Shown: positions 41,686 through 51,250, counted from the stretch's first letter. The stretch is 64,000 nt of DNA from Nitrosopumilus sp. (GCA_965204345.1 OZ241981.1:512001-576000); one strand, 5' to 3'. The notes: generated by a model from the letters alone, not told the origin. Translations and numbers: made by a program.

Positions 41686-42000
41686 TCAGATAGAGGCGGT
41701 TCCACGCTGCTTGGTACACAAGTCTAATGCATCATCAACAGCAGTTACAAACACCTTGCCATCGCCTTTTGTTCCAGTACAAGCAACATTTGCAATCGAA
41801 TTTAAGACAGCATCAAGTTTAGTGTCATCTATGACACAGATTATCATTTCCCGACTATAATATTGTCCGACCAGCGGAGGATCTTCTGTGCCCTGTCCCT
41901 GGGCAGACTGAATCGTCACACCGCCAACGCCATTTTTCTTGATGGCTACAACAACAGCATCCCTTATTCCGGGATGAATTATCGCTTCAATTTTTTTCAT
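41686..42000 (-). CDS. PII-family signal transduction protein with a shortened T-loop
   Basis: MKKIEAII, GVGGVT, TGTKGDGKVFV. Confidence 0.88.
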   Translation of the reverse strand: MKKIEAIIHPGIRDAVVVAIKKNGVGGVTIQSAQGQGTEDPPLVGQYYSREMIICVIDDTKLDAVLNSIANVACTGTKGDGKVFVTAVDDALDLCTKQRGTASI

Positions 42001-42040
42001 AGATGGCGTTGAACTTTAATTTCTATAAAGCAGCATGCCT

Positions 42041-42058
42041 ATTCTCACAAATGAATAT
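42041..42058. promoter_or_regulatory. Regulon palindrome upstream of PII
   Basis: ATTCTCA-CAAA-TGAATAT, 41 bp from the ATG at 42000, upstream of a TATA box. Confidence 0.7.
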
Positions 42059-42159
42059 CAGATCAGATAATCATGCGACATTAAATTGATTTTTATAAAA
42101 AAATTATCATGACAGCCTCACAAAGTACTTTGGCATATTTAGAATTTTATATTGCTTGC

Positions 42160-43077
42160 CTAAATTAGATTTAGAGTTTTCTTAATCAGAGTCACCCTAT
42201 TCCTAATTGTGACATCACTAATCCCAGATTCTTTTGCAATCTTAGCCTGAGTTATTTTTTCATTATTTATTATACATGAGAGATACAACGATGCAGATGC
42301 TTGTGCGACAGGGTGCTTACCTGCAGTAATACGTGCATCCTCACAAGACTTTAGTATTTCAAAGGCATCTCGTTTTGTTTTTTCTTTCAAATCCATATTG
42401 TTTGAGATTTTTGAGATAAAGGAAGTGATATCATATTGGGTAAGATTTAACTCAAGCCTTTTGATTATAGTGCGTAAATCTCGAGAAAGAATTCTTCGTT
42501 CTATATTTCCAGCGTTTCCTATATCACTCAAAGTTCTTGGAATGTTATTTTCCCTACATGCAACATACAAAGAGGCAGAAATTAGGGATTTCATGGTTCT
42601 GCCTCTAGTCAGTTTTGCATTTACGGCTTTTCTGTAAATGTATGCTGCATTTTCAACCACATTATTTGGAATCCCCAGCTTTGTCTTCATTGCATGAAGC
42701 AGCGTGAATGCCTTACTCAAGCTAGCAGTTTCTCTGGATTTGCTTCGCTGATCCCAAGTTCGTAATCGGCGAAAGTCATATTTTGTCTTGCTAGATAGTG
42801 CCTTTCCGGTAGAATCTTTGTTTGTGCCAATTACAGTAGATAGCCCCCTGTCATTCATTGTTAATGATGTGGCAGGGCCTGTTCTTGTCAACTTTGCATA
42901 ATCTTCTTGGGTATAGCCATTATTTTCATGTGATGTGTCAATCATATTTTGCAATAAGATAAGACCGCATCCCCCACAAACAACTTCTCCCCGTTCAGAA
43001 TCTGTGATTGCAGGATAGGCTTTGCAAGCATCTAGTTGACACTCGACATCATAATCATTTGAATAATTCTCTATCAC
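42160..43077 (-). CDS. tfb: Transcription initiation factor IIB paralog
   Basis: Zn ribbon ...GEVVCGGCG, RTGP, GLSTVIG, LRTWD, two cyclin repeats, SDVTIRNR. Confidence 0.93.
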   Translation of the reverse strand: MIENYSNDYDVECQLDACKAYPAITDSERGEVVCGGCGLILLQNMIDTSHENNGYTQEDYAKLTRTGPATSLTMNDRGLSTVIGTNKDSTGKALSSKTKYDFRRLRTWDQRSKSRETASLSKAFTLLHAMKTKLGIPNNVVENAAYIYRKAVNAKLTRGRTMKSLISASLYVACRENNIPRTLSDIGNAGNIERRILSRDLRTIIKRLELNLTQYDITSFISKISNNMDLKEKTKRDAFEILKSCEDARITAGKHPVAQASASLYLSCIINNEKITQAKIAKESGISDVTIRNRVTLIKKTLNLI

Positions 43078-43388
43078 TGTTAATTTGTACTAGTCATTAT
43101 AAAATAAAAATAACCTGATAGAGGTAATTTTATGATTAAAAATAAAAAATACATACAAAAAATTCCTATAGTTTCTTTTAGAAATTATTACATTTTATGT
43201 AAAAACATGCAGCATAATAAATGTTAAAATAAAAAAAATTTTTAAAATAAAAATAAAAAATATTTGTGGATTATTGCATCTGTTCCTTCTTTGAGTTTCT
43301 TCTCAATTATCGCATCGGTGTATCTGCCTTGCTGTGCATTACAACCACGGCATTTGCTACAAAACCATCATAGTGATTTTCCAATCCG

Positions 43389-43406
43389 ATATCCACCCAT
43401 GAGAAT
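43389..43406. promoter_or_regulatory. Regulon palindrome upstream of Hsp20
   Basis: ATATCCA-CCCA-TGAGAAT ending 41 bp before the ATG at 43447. Confidence 0.6.
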
Positions 43407-43446
43407 TTACACTTGATTTCATAAATATCCAAAGTCACTGCAAAAT

Positions 43447-43917
43447 ATGACAAAAAAACTCGTCAAAAAACAAGCATCACTGCCAGCAATGCCTAGTTTT
43501 TCTGAATTTGACAGGATTTTTGATGAGTTTAGAGAGGATATGGAAAAATCATTTTTTGCACTCTCCAGAACAGATTTTCCAAAATTTCCAGAAACGACAT
43601 GTGATGTAATTGACGAAGGCAAGCAACTCAGGGTAAAAATGAGTGTTCCAGGTGTTACAAAAAAAGAGGTAGCTTTGAGCGTAACTGATACTGCAATAGA
43701 CATTCGTGCAGAACACAAAGAAGAATCAGAAGAAAAGAAAAAGAATTTTCTTAGAAAAGAGAGAAGCAATGTATCATATAAAAGAATCCTGCCATTGCCT
43801 GACAAAATAATTCCTGCAAGAGTCAAATCAAAACTCACAGACGGAATATTGGAAATCATACTTCCAAAGGCAAAGCCGACAAAAATTCAGAAGAAAAGAA
43901 CAGTAAGAGTTCAGTAG
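43447..43917 (+). CDS. Small heat-shock protein (Hsp20)
   Basis: VPGVTKKEV, RKER..SYKR.LPLP, DGILEIILPK, C-terminal VRV (IXI-like). Confidence 0.93.
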   Translation: MTKKLVKKQASLPAMPSFSEFDRIFDEFREDMEKSFFALSRTDFPKFPETTCDVIDEGKQLRVKMSVPGVTKKEVALSVTDTAIDIRAEHKEESEEKKKNFLRKERSNVSYKRILPLPDKIIPARVKSKLTDGILEIILPKAKPTKIQKKRTVRVQ

Positions 43918-43970
43918 CCTTTTCTTATTTTTTACCGACAGTATAAAAGAATGAAATGACATATTTTATC

Positions 43971-44111
43971 ATGGCAAAGCGAATAACAGTGATGCTAGAT
44001 GATGACAATCTTAAAAAATTGCGGCTAAAACAAGCAAAGGCAATCAAGGAATCATCAAAATCAGTTAGTTTCTCCAGAATAATCAACGACGAAATCAGAA
44101 ACTGTAAGTGA
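43971..44111 (+). CDS. 46-aa ribbon-helix-helix-like protein (absent from the ORF track)
   Basis: MAKRITVMLDDDNLKKLRLKQAKAIKESSKSVSFSRIINDEIRNCK; TATAAAA about 25 bp upstream. Confidence 0.65.
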   Translation: MAKRITVMLDDDNLKKLRLKQAKAIKESSKSVSFSRIINDEIRNCK

Positions 44112-44113
44112 CA

Positions 44114-44275
44114 TCATATCCAAGGATCGGCATCCTCACCCCACTGTTCAACACCTTTGGATGACTTGCTCAGAGAGTTACTTTTTGCAACGTTAGCTAA
44201 AAGACATTCATCAGAGCAGTGACTGAGTTTTGGGCGCCTCATCACTTTGCCACATTTTTTACAAAACTTTCCCAT
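44114..44275 (-). CDS. Small Zn-finger protein
   Basis: MGKFCKKCG...HCSDEC; start at 44275 supported by a TATA box and the regulon motif. Confidence 0.65.
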   Translation of the reverse strand: MGKFCKKCGKVMRRPKLSHCSDECLLANVAKSNSLSKSSKGVEQWGEDADPWI

Positions 44276-44315
44276 TAATGAACAAAGTATTTTTATAAAT
44301 ATACCAACTTTGTAG

Positions 44316-44333
44316 ATTTTCAATACTGATAAT
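44316..44333. promoter_or_regulatory. Regulon palindrome between the divergent Zn-finger and RHH genes
   Basis: ATTTTCA-ATAC-TGATAAT, 41 bp from the ATG at 44275. Confidence 0.7.
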
Positions 44334-44384
44334 GAGTACAAGTATCCAGGATATTTTTGATATGTTTATTTGTAATGTTAAAAT

Positions 44385-44981
44385 ATGAAAATCATGGATG
44401 TGTCTGCGGTAAAAAGAAAGCCACATTCTCAAAAAAAGGGGAAGACAAGAACGGTAACATTTAGGCTCCCAGAGAAATTAATCACAGAGTTAGAAACAGA
44501 GGCCGTACAAAAAGAGATATCTACAAATGTTTTGGCAAGACAAATTTTTGAAAAATTTGCTCGATGGGACAGATTTTCTGACAAAATTGGAATAATACCA
44601 GTGCCAAAAAGAATACTAACATCACTTGGGTTGGATTTGGAAACTCAAGACATCAATATGATAATAGATGTGTTAAAGCCAATAATCAAAGACAATGTAT
44701 TATTCATGAAAGGAAGATATGATTTGAAAAGATGCATAGAAACATTTGAAGACTATGTGAGGGCATCCGGAATGAAATCAGACCACAGAGTGGAAGGCAG
44801 CCTACATCATTTTATCATACAGCACGGGTTAGGAATGAGCTGGTCATTGTTTACAGAACAGCTACTCAAAGAGATATTTCATGAATTTTTACCTGATAAA
44901 ACCGTCAAATCAGAAACAACTGAAACTACTGTGATTACAACCATTGCACTTGGAGCAGATTTTAATGAACATGAATATTAA
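44385..44981 (+). CDS. Putative regulator: N-terminal RHH-like domain plus ligand-binding-like domain
   Basis: TRTVTFRLPEKLITELE...ISTNVL..QIF (RHH-like); IIQHGLG..WS motif. Confidence 0.7.
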   Translation: MKIMDVSAVKRKPHSQKKGKTRTVTFRLPEKLITELETEAVQKEISTNVLARQIFEKFARWDRFSDKIGIIPVPKRILTSLGLDLETQDINMIIDVLKPIIKDNVLFMKGRYDLKRCIETFEDYVRASGMKSDHRVEGSLHHFIIQHGLGMSWSLFTEQLLKEIFHEFLPDKTVKSETTETTVITTIALGADFNEHEY

Positions 44982-44991
44982 AAAAAAGAAA

Positions 44992-45321
44992 CTAGCTGTT
45001 GAGAATTAACTCAACGTTTGTTTTTCCGTTATTAAATACACTTTGTATTCCTTTTACTTTGCTTTTGTAAAGGAACAGCCTTTTGCCATCTTCAGTAATG
45101 ATGCCAGATGTTAAAAGCAATTTGTTGTCATGAAGAGTCTGAATTCTTCGGTATACGGTGCTCATGGGAATCTTTGACTCGGCAGTGATCTCAATTACTG
45201 ACTTTGGTTTGTACATGATGGATTCCAGGATGGTCCTGCAATACTTGTCAGACAAGATTTCAAGCAGGCTATCTTGTTTTTCTGCCTCTTCAATTTTGAA
45301 GGTTTGCTGTAATGATTGCAT
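44992..45321 (-). CDS. ArsR-like winged-helix transcriptional regulator
   Basis: LSDKYCRTIL...PKS..EI....IPMSTVYRRI..L...LL...G...DGK...LY. Confidence 0.85.
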   Translation of the reverse strand: MQSLQQTFKIEEAEKQDSLLEILSDKYCRTILESIMYKPKSVIEITAESKIPMSTVYRRIQTLHDNKLLLTSGIITEDGKRLFLYKSKVKGIQSVFNNGKTNVELILNS

Positions 45322-45361
45322 AAAATAGTATTTTATAGAATATGATATAATAAATCAGTCA

Positions 45362-45378
45362 ACACTGTCTTGCAGTGT
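45362..45378. promoter_or_regulatory. Perfect inverted repeat upstream of the wHTH gene (probable operator)
   Basis: ACACTG-TCTTG-CAGTGT, 41 bp from the ATG at 45321. Confidence 0.5.
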
Positions 45379-45502
45379 ATACGATTATTTTCTGAAATTC
45401 ATCCCCCATTTCGTGCCTCATCTTTTCTGATTTTGGCCAACACCAAAGACAAAATGTCAGGATCTTGATTTTTAAATTTGACAGACCATAAAGCAGGCTT
45501 TA

Positions 45503-46774
45503 TTATTTTTTAGAGAATTTATAGAATAATGCACCAATTCCAACAAGCGCCATCCCTATAAGCACAACTTTGAATTCAAATTGCAAAGTCATGTATATTG
45601 AGATTCCAACTCCAAATAATGGAAGAATGGGAAACCTGCCAATGTTTAATGGAACTGTGAATTTTCTTTGGATCTCAGGTTCGGTATAACGTAAAACAAT
45701 TACTGCCAAATTTACAGCGGCAAAAGTAATTACAATGGCAAAAACAGCAATGTTTGCAACAATTACAATATCACCAATTAATGTAAAAGAAATCGACATA
45801 ATCATAATCACAATAATTGCCATCCAGGGAGTTTTGGTCCTAAAATGAATTTTTTTTAGGAACAATGGGAATGCCTGTTCTCTTGCCATGCCATAAAAAA
45901 TTCTAGAACCGGCAACAAGAGTAATCAAAACAGTGTTGGTTATGGCAAAAAGGGCAATTGATGAAAGCAGTACATGTGCTTTAGGACCTAGTCCTCTTTC
46001 TGCAACCAATGCAATGGGTGCAGATGAGGCTGCAAGTTCGCTCCAGTCTACAACTCGTACCACAGACAAAGAGACAAGTATGTAAATTGTTCCAGTAATC
46101 AGAACGGATAAAACTATTGCCCGAGGGATGGTTTTTTTAGGATTTTTTACCTCTTCTGCTATATTTGCCATATTTTCAAATCCAATAAACGCAAAAAATA
46201 TCAATACAAATGCAACCATAATTCCTGCAAGGCCTGTGGGGCTTTCAGCATAATCTACAGGTGCAGGATTAACAAAGGTAAACCCAATTATAATAATCAA
46301 AACCAGGCCTGTCGCTTCAATTATTGTAAAAATGGTATTTGTCCATGCAGATTCCCTAATCCCCATGAAATTTACCAGTGAAAGAATAGCCAACAGCCCA
46401 ATTGCAGATAAAACTATAGGCAGATCCACAAACTCCGAAAAATAGCCGCCGAATCCCAATGCAACAGTTGAGGCAGTAATAACAGAAGTAACGGCAGTTA
46501 GCCATCCAATAATAAAAGCAGCAAAATTATTTTTGAAAGCATTTTTAACAAAGACATACTCTGCGGCAGCCTTTGGAAATACAGAGGATAATTCAGCATA
46601 GCTGAATCCAGCAAATAATGCAACAATGGATCCCAAAACAAATGCAACCCATACTGCATTACCTGCAATACCTGCCGCCTCTCCTATCAGTACATAGATT
46701 CCCGCACCAAGAATTAATCCAACCCCATACATGGTAAGTTGAAAGAGGCCCATGTGTCGTTTTAGCTCAGACAA
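45503..46774 (-). CDS. APC-family amino acid permease
   Basis: GLILGAGIY, YAELSS..P..A..Y, FFAFIGFE...AEEVKNP; about 12 TM helices. Confidence 0.92.
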   Translation of the reverse strand: MSELKRHMGLFQLTMYGVGLILGAGIYVLIGEAAGIAGNAVWVAFVLGSIVALFAGFSYAELSSVFPKAAAEYVFVKNAFKNNFAAFIIGWLTAVTSVITASTVALGFGGYFSEFVDLPIVLSAIGLLAILSLVNFMGIRESAWTNTIFTIIEATGLVLIIIIGFTFVNPAPVDYAESPTGLAGIMVAFVLIFFAFIGFENMANIAEEVKNPKKTIPRAIVLSVLITGTIYILVSLSVVRVVDWSELAASSAPIALVAERGLGPKAHVLLSSIALFAITNTVLITLVAGSRIFYGMAREQAFPLFLKKIHFRTKTPWMAIIVIMIMSISFTLIGDIVIVANIAVFAIVITFAAVNLAVIVLRYTEPEIQRKFTVPLNIGRFPILPLFGVGISIYMTLQFEFKVVLIGMALVGIGALFYKFSKK

Positions 46775-46813
46775 CAAATTGCTTTGTTAGTCAATGATAA
46801 GAGGAAAGTTACG

Positions 46814-46831
46814 ATTATTGATGGTGAAAAT
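46814..46831. promoter_or_regulatory. Weaker regulon palindrome upstream of the APC permease
   Basis: ATTATTG-ATGG-TGAAAAT, 40 bp from the TTG at 46774. Confidence 0.45.
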
Positions 46832-46881
46832 AAGGATTTGGTTTATTTGCCATAGATTACGTTTTGCTTAGTTCTGTTAAA

Positions 46882-47307
46882 TCACTTTACAATCAATACT
46901 GGTTTGCCGGATTTATGAAGGACATAGTTTGATGTGCTGCCCAAGAAAATCTCTCTTGCCGCACTCATCCCTCTAGAACCAATCACGATAAGATCAAAAT
47001 TGTGTCTTGAAGCAATATCAACTATTCTTTTTCCGTCATCGCCATAAGAGACTCGCTCAAAAAACAAAATGCCCTTTTTTGCTGCCTTTAGCTTGGCTTT
47101 TTTCATAATTTTTTTGGCATGATCTAAAAAAAGTCTTTCCATAGGAGGCATGGGTTCGTCAGTTCTAGGTTTAACCATCCCAATCACATACAAGCCAGTA
47201 ACAGCGGCATGAGACTCTCTTGCCATCTGAATTGCAACGTCTAAACCACGAAAAGAGTTAGGAGAGCCATCTAGGGGCACTAGAATTTTCTTTATGCTAA
47301 TTGCCAT
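46882..47307 (-). CDS. Universal stress protein
   Basis: KILVPLDGSPNS, DLIVIGSRG...FLGSTS..V.H....VLIVK. Confidence 0.93.
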   Translation of the reverse strand: MAISIKKILVPLDGSPNSFRGLDVAIQMARESHAAVTGLYVIGMVKPRTDEPMPPMERLFLDHAKKIMKKAKLKAAKKGILFFERVSYGDDGKRIVDIASRHNFDLIVIGSRGMSAAREIFLGSTSNYVLHKSGKPVLIVK

Positions 47308-47346
47308 GAAAAAATACGCTAATTTTTAAATTTAAAGACAATCGAG

Positions 47347-47377
47347 ATTCTCCCAGTTGATTTTCATATATGACATT
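47347..47377. promoter_or_regulatory. Two overlapping regulon palindromes in the USP/CBS divergent promoter
   Basis: ATTCTCC-CAGT-TGATTTT (47347, 40 bp from the USP ATG) and ATTTTCA-TATA-TGACATT (47360). Confidence 0.65.
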
Positions 47378-47421
47378 CTAGATGAACATGAAATATCAAA
47401 TCAGACATTGTGAATTGTAAG

Positions 47422-47883
47422 ATGAATAATGCAAAGACCATGACTATTGCAGATGTTATGACAAAATCAGTGATTTCAGTGGATGCATCCATGACAGTAA
47501 ATGAAGCTGCAAAGATGATGGAAGACACAAAGGTTGGTGCAGTCATTGTAATGGAAAACAACATTCCCGTAGGAATTATCACAGATAGAGATTTTGCAGT
47601 AAAGGTTGTAGCCCATGCATATCAAATTACATCTCCAGTAAAGCAGATAATGTCATCTCCCTTATTCTCAATAAGCTTAGACGAGTCAGTTAGGACAGCA
47701 GCTGATTTAATGCATGCACGAGGGATAATGAAACTGCCCGTAATTGATGGCGAAAAGGTTGTAGGAATAATAACAGCAAGGGATATTGTTAATTTATTGG
47801 CAGTTTGTGTGGAAGATGACGTACGAGACATGTACTTTCATTCAGTAGTGAAAATATTTTCAGATTACAGCCCATATAACTAA
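47422..47883 (+). CDS. CBS-pair protein
   Basis: IADVMT, VGIITDRD, IMSSPL, LPVID...VGIITARD; start could be 47410-47440. Confidence 0.9.
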   Translation: MNNAKTMTIADVMTKSVISVDASMTVNEAAKMMEDTKVGAVIVMENNIPVGIITDRDFAVKVVAHAYQITSPVKQIMSSPLFSISLDESVRTAADLMHARGIMKLPVIDGEKVVGIITARDIVNLLAVCVEDDVRDMYFHSVVKIFSDYSPYN

Positions 47884-48269
47884 AAAAAATTACGGCAAGC
47901 CAGATAATACTAGCAGCAATGCCATTTTTTATTGGAATTGCAACGTATCTCCATGGAACAGCCAGCCAGAATAACCGCAAAGAACGTCTCAGAAAAGAAG
48001 AAGAAGCCAAATAGGAATATTCTGTATGTGATTTTGTCAGGAATTTGGGCTTTTCTCTTTGCTGGGAATTATACCACAATTTAAAAAAGGTGCTTTGATA
48101 ATAACTTGAGGTAGTACCAAGCATGAATACAGCCCCATACTGGAATAAAAAAATATGTTCAGATTGCAAGAGAATGCGGTGTGACAAAGGATGTCTTTGT
48201 GACTGCCATCAGTTACGAGATAGAACAAATTAAGCAATATCTGCATATCTTTTAAAAAAAAATTACCAG

Positions 48270-48707
48270 TTAATCAGGACCCAGTCTCAAAAGTATCTGA
48301 TCACAGATTTTGCGCATTTGGGAATCAGAACCTACACTAGAAATTCTTACAATATCACTAGTGGTGATGATTCCAATAATTTTGTCATTTTCTCTTACAG
48401 GTAGTTTATGAATGTCTTTTTCTTTCATCATCTCTGAGGCCTCCCACACTGTTGCTTCCGGACCAATGGTGATCAAAGGAGAGGACATTACTTCATAAAT
48501 TTCAGTAAAAAGAGGCTTGCCTCCGGCTATGACTTTGGTTACAAAGTCCCTTTCAGTTACAATTCCAACAGGCCTTGCATCATCGGTAATAACAACACAG
48601 CCGATATTTTGTGTTTTCATGCGCTCAGCAGCTTCTTGTAATGAGGCCAGCTTGTCAACAGTTAGAACGGTTTTGCTCATTATCTGATTTACAAACGTAC
48701 TATCCAT
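48270..48707 (-). CDS. CBS-pair protein
   Basis: VNQIMS, VGIVTERD, VMSSPL, LPV...IGIITTSD. Confidence 0.9.
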   Translation of the reverse strand: MDSTFVNQIMSKTVLTVDKLASLQEAAERMKTQNIGCVVITDDARPVGIVTERDFVTKVIAGGKPLFTEIYEVMSSPLITIGPEATVWEASEMMKEKDIHKLPVRENDKIIGIITTSDIVRISSVGSDSQMRKICDQILLRLGPD

Positions 48708-48747
48708 ACGACACAACATATTTCCAATTATATCAGATAAATTCCAG

Positions 48748-48765
48748 ATTATCATTTTTGAGAAT
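48748..48765. promoter_or_regulatory. Near-perfect regulon palindrome in the CBS/USP divergent promoter
   Basis: ATTATCA-TTTT-TGAGAAT; 41 bp from the CBS ATG at 48707 and 54 bp from the USP ATG at 48819. Confidence 0.75.
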
Positions 48766-48818
48766 CAGCAAAGAAAATCACAATATCTTTTAAAATATAA
48801 AAACAAGAGTTCCAACAT

Positions 48819-49250
48819 ATGGCAATATCAACAAAGAGAATACTGGTTCCCTTAGATGGCTCAAAAAATTCAGTCAGGGGATTGGACATGGCCATACACA
48901 TTGCAAGGCAATCTCAGGGAACAATCACGGCACTATCAGTAAAATCAGTGCCTGGAATATATTCACTTCACCCCCTAGGATTTTTGGATCTTAATTCAAT
49001 GACAGAAGTGAAAAAACTGCTTGAAGATTCAAAGGTAAGGGCTGCAAAAAAAGGAATCAAATTGGTTGGAAAGGCACTTGCAGGAGATCCGGGATACGAT
49101 ATTGCAAGATTTGCAAATAATGCAAAAAACAAAATTGATCTAGTGGTAATTGGCGCTCGTGGAAGAAGCTCTGCAAAAGAGATTTTCTTGGGCAGCACGT
49201 CAAACTATGTCCTTCACAAATCCAAGAAACCAGTATTGATTGTAAAATAA
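48819..49250 (+). CDS. Universal stress protein
   Basis: RILVPLDGSKNS, DLVVIGARG...FLGSTS. Confidence 0.93.
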   Translation: MAISTKRILVPLDGSKNSVRGLDMAIHIARQSQGTITALSVKSVPGIYSLHPLGFLDLNSMTEVKKLLEDSKVRAAKKGIKLVGKALAGDPGYDIARFANNAKNKIDLVVIGARGRSSAKEIFLGSTSNYVLHKSKKPVLIVK

Positions 49251-49259
49251 TCAAGAACC

Positions 49260-49675
49260 GTCATTTTAAAAAAAATGCTGATGTCAATGGACGGTTTGAA
49301 ATTTTCTCAAAAAGCGTTACAGCGGGCATGCGAAATTGCCAAAGCACTTGATTCAAAAATTATTCTGCTTTATGTGATTGAAAATCCACCTGTGATTAGC
49401 CTTTTAGATCGTAGGAAAATCTTAATTTATTGCAACAGTTTGGAACCAGGACACTTAAAAAAAGCAAACGACATGTGGTAAAAGAAGAGATCGGTGCAAA
49501 GAGTCTTAAAAAGAGAAAGCATTGCAGGTAAAATTAAAAAATTTGTTAAAACTGAAAAATGCAGTCTGATAGTAGTGGAAAGCAGGGATTGGGAACAGTT
49601 AGCAAAGCGCTGCTTGAAAGTGTTTCAAACAGACTTGCGCAAACATTATCTTGTTTGCTGTTGACTGCAAAATAA
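49260..49675 (+). pseudogene. Frameshifted universal stress protein
   Basis: FKKMLMSMDGLKFSQKAL..ACEIAK; later frames give CSLIVVESR and GLGTVSKALLESVSNRLA. Confidence 0.75.
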
Positions 49676-49677
49676 AG

Positions 49678-50529
49678 TCATGCTAGTGTATTTACAATAT
49701 CAGACTTTGTAATAATGCCCACTAACCTTGATTTTTTGACTACGGGTAATCCACTAATGTCATATTTTATCATACGAGTAATAGCCAACCTAACATCCTC
49801 ATCTGCCTGAATTGTGATGGGATTGGTTGCCATGATGTCAGCGGCGTTGAATGCAAAGAGATAGCTCAAGTGATTGGGATGATGTTCTCTTAGTCCCTTA
49901 TGGAATTGATACTCTTTAACCTCAAGAGGATCTGCAGATTCTGCAATCCACTTGGGAACCTTTGCAGGCACAAAATCTCGAAAGGTAATCACTCCCACGG
50001 GTAGCGAATCACGTTTTACGATAATTCTTGATATTCCATATTTCATCATTAGACCCTCCACATGAAGTATTGGATCACTTGGAGCAACAGTGATTAATTT
50101 TCTTGTCATTATTTTTGAAACTTTTATTGGCATCACATTTTTTGTGAGGAAGACAGTTACAAGATTGGTTTTAGTCACGATTCCTCTCAGAGTTTTGTTT
50201 TTGTTGAGAATAATCACCAAATTAATTCGATGCTTTTTCATCAGTTGTGCACATTCTTCAATAGAATCGTCTGGAGTCAGTGCAAATAATGTTTTTGATG
50301 TAAAGTCTTTTGCCTTTACTGATTTTATTGGCTTTGTACCCAACTCATAAATCTTCCTTGCAATGTCCTTTTCAGTTATTACTCCAGTTGGTTTTTTTTG
50401 ATCTAAAACTATTACTCGCTTTATCTTATGCTCAAGTAAGATTTCCCTTATTCTCAACAGCGAGGTGCCAGGAGTGACTGTGAGAGGTTTTATGATTACA
50501 TTGGATAATTTTGATTTTTTTATATCCAC
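49678..50529 (-). CDS. Four-CBS-domain protein
   Basis: GVITEKD, GIVTKTN, GVITFRD, GIITKSD; GTG start at 50529 supported by motif spacing. Confidence 0.9.
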   Translation of the reverse strand: MDIKKSKLSNVIIKPLTVTPGTSLLRIREILLEHKIKRVIVLDQKKPTGVITEKDIARKIYELGTKPIKSVKAKDFTSKTLFALTPDDSIEECAQLMKKHRINLVIILNKNKTLRGIVTKTNLVTVFLTKNVMPIKVSKIMTRKLITVAPSDPILHVEGLMMKYGISRIIVKRDSLPVGVITFRDFVPAKVPKWIAESADPLEVKEYQFHKGLREHHPNHLSYLFAFNAADIMATNPITIQADEDVRLAITRMIKYDISGLPVVKKSRLVGIITKSDIVNTLA

Positions 50530-50568
50530 GGCAATTCTGTGCCACAAGTTGGTAAATACCCCATCAAT

Positions 50569-50586
50569 AATTTCAAAAGTGAGAAT
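50569..50586. promoter_or_regulatory. Regulon palindrome between the 4xCBS and HPF-like genes
   Basis: AATTTCA-AAAG-TGAGAAT; 40 bp from the GTG at 50529 and 54 bp from the ATG at 50640. Confidence 0.7.
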
Positions 50587-50639
50587 CAAGATGATGTATT
50601 TATCATACTAGTTTTAGTTTTAATTAAGAAGCACAGGAT

Positions 50640-51005
50640 ATGTCAGAGAAGATTCCAATATATGTAACAGGATTGCCAAAAGATGAGCCAGCTGGAGAGC
50701 TGCTGGCATCAAAATTTGGCAGCACGTTAGAAAAGGTCAGACAGGTGCTATCAGACATAATTGAAGCAAAGATTGATGTAAAATCTCAAAATACAGACGG
50801 AACAAAATCCCATTATGATGTAACTGCAATTATTAAAACATCAAGCGAGCAGCTAACGTATACGGAATCAGGCTGGGATATTCTTAAAATTGCAGATGAA
50901 CTGTCTAGAAAATTGGAAAGAGAGTTATCAAAGCATGATGACAAACGTCAAAGAGAGAGCATTCGTAAAAAAGATATCAGAGTCTCAAAAATGAGATCTA
51001 GTTGA
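50640..51005 (+). CDS. Stand-alone HPF/RaiA-like putative ribosome hibernation factor
   Basis: Beta-alpha-beta-beta-beta-alpha pattern: IYVTG..., IIEAKIDVK, YDVTAII, ESGWDILKIADELSRKLERELSK; basic tail. Confidence 0.65.
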   Translation: MSEKIPIYVTGLPKDEPAGELLASKFGSTLEKVRQVLSDIIEAKIDVKSQNTDGTKSHYDVTAIIKTSSEQLTYTESGWDILKIADELSRKLERELSKHDDKRQRESIRKKDIRVSKMRSS

Positions 51006-51232
51006 TTTCAATGGGCAGTAAGAGTCAGAAAAGCAGTAGTATTTCCAGGTGCAGTTAATTCTTCTTTGGATAGCATTTATCGATAAACAATTCTAAAAAA
51101 CAAGGCAATTCAAAAAGCATTAGATGTTGCAAGTGCCTCCTTCTCCTCCATCAAGGAACCATCAATAAAACCATCAAAATATAATTTCATTTTTCATTTA
51201 TTGGCAGTCTAATGTCAATAACGGATATGAGT

Positions 51233-51250
51233 AATTTCAATATTGGAAAT
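51233..51250. promoter_or_regulatory. Regulon palindrome upstream of a USP
   Basis: AATTTCA-ATAT-TGGAAAT ending 41 bp before the ATG at 51291. Confidence 0.6.

Noticed and set aside
43111-43127. ACCT-N5-AGGT inverted repeat upstream of tfb
   Set aside because: Only 4-bp perfect arms and a single instance; could be chance
47884-48260. Short ORFs between the convergent CBS genes
   Set aside because: No good start or recognisable motif; conflicting frames
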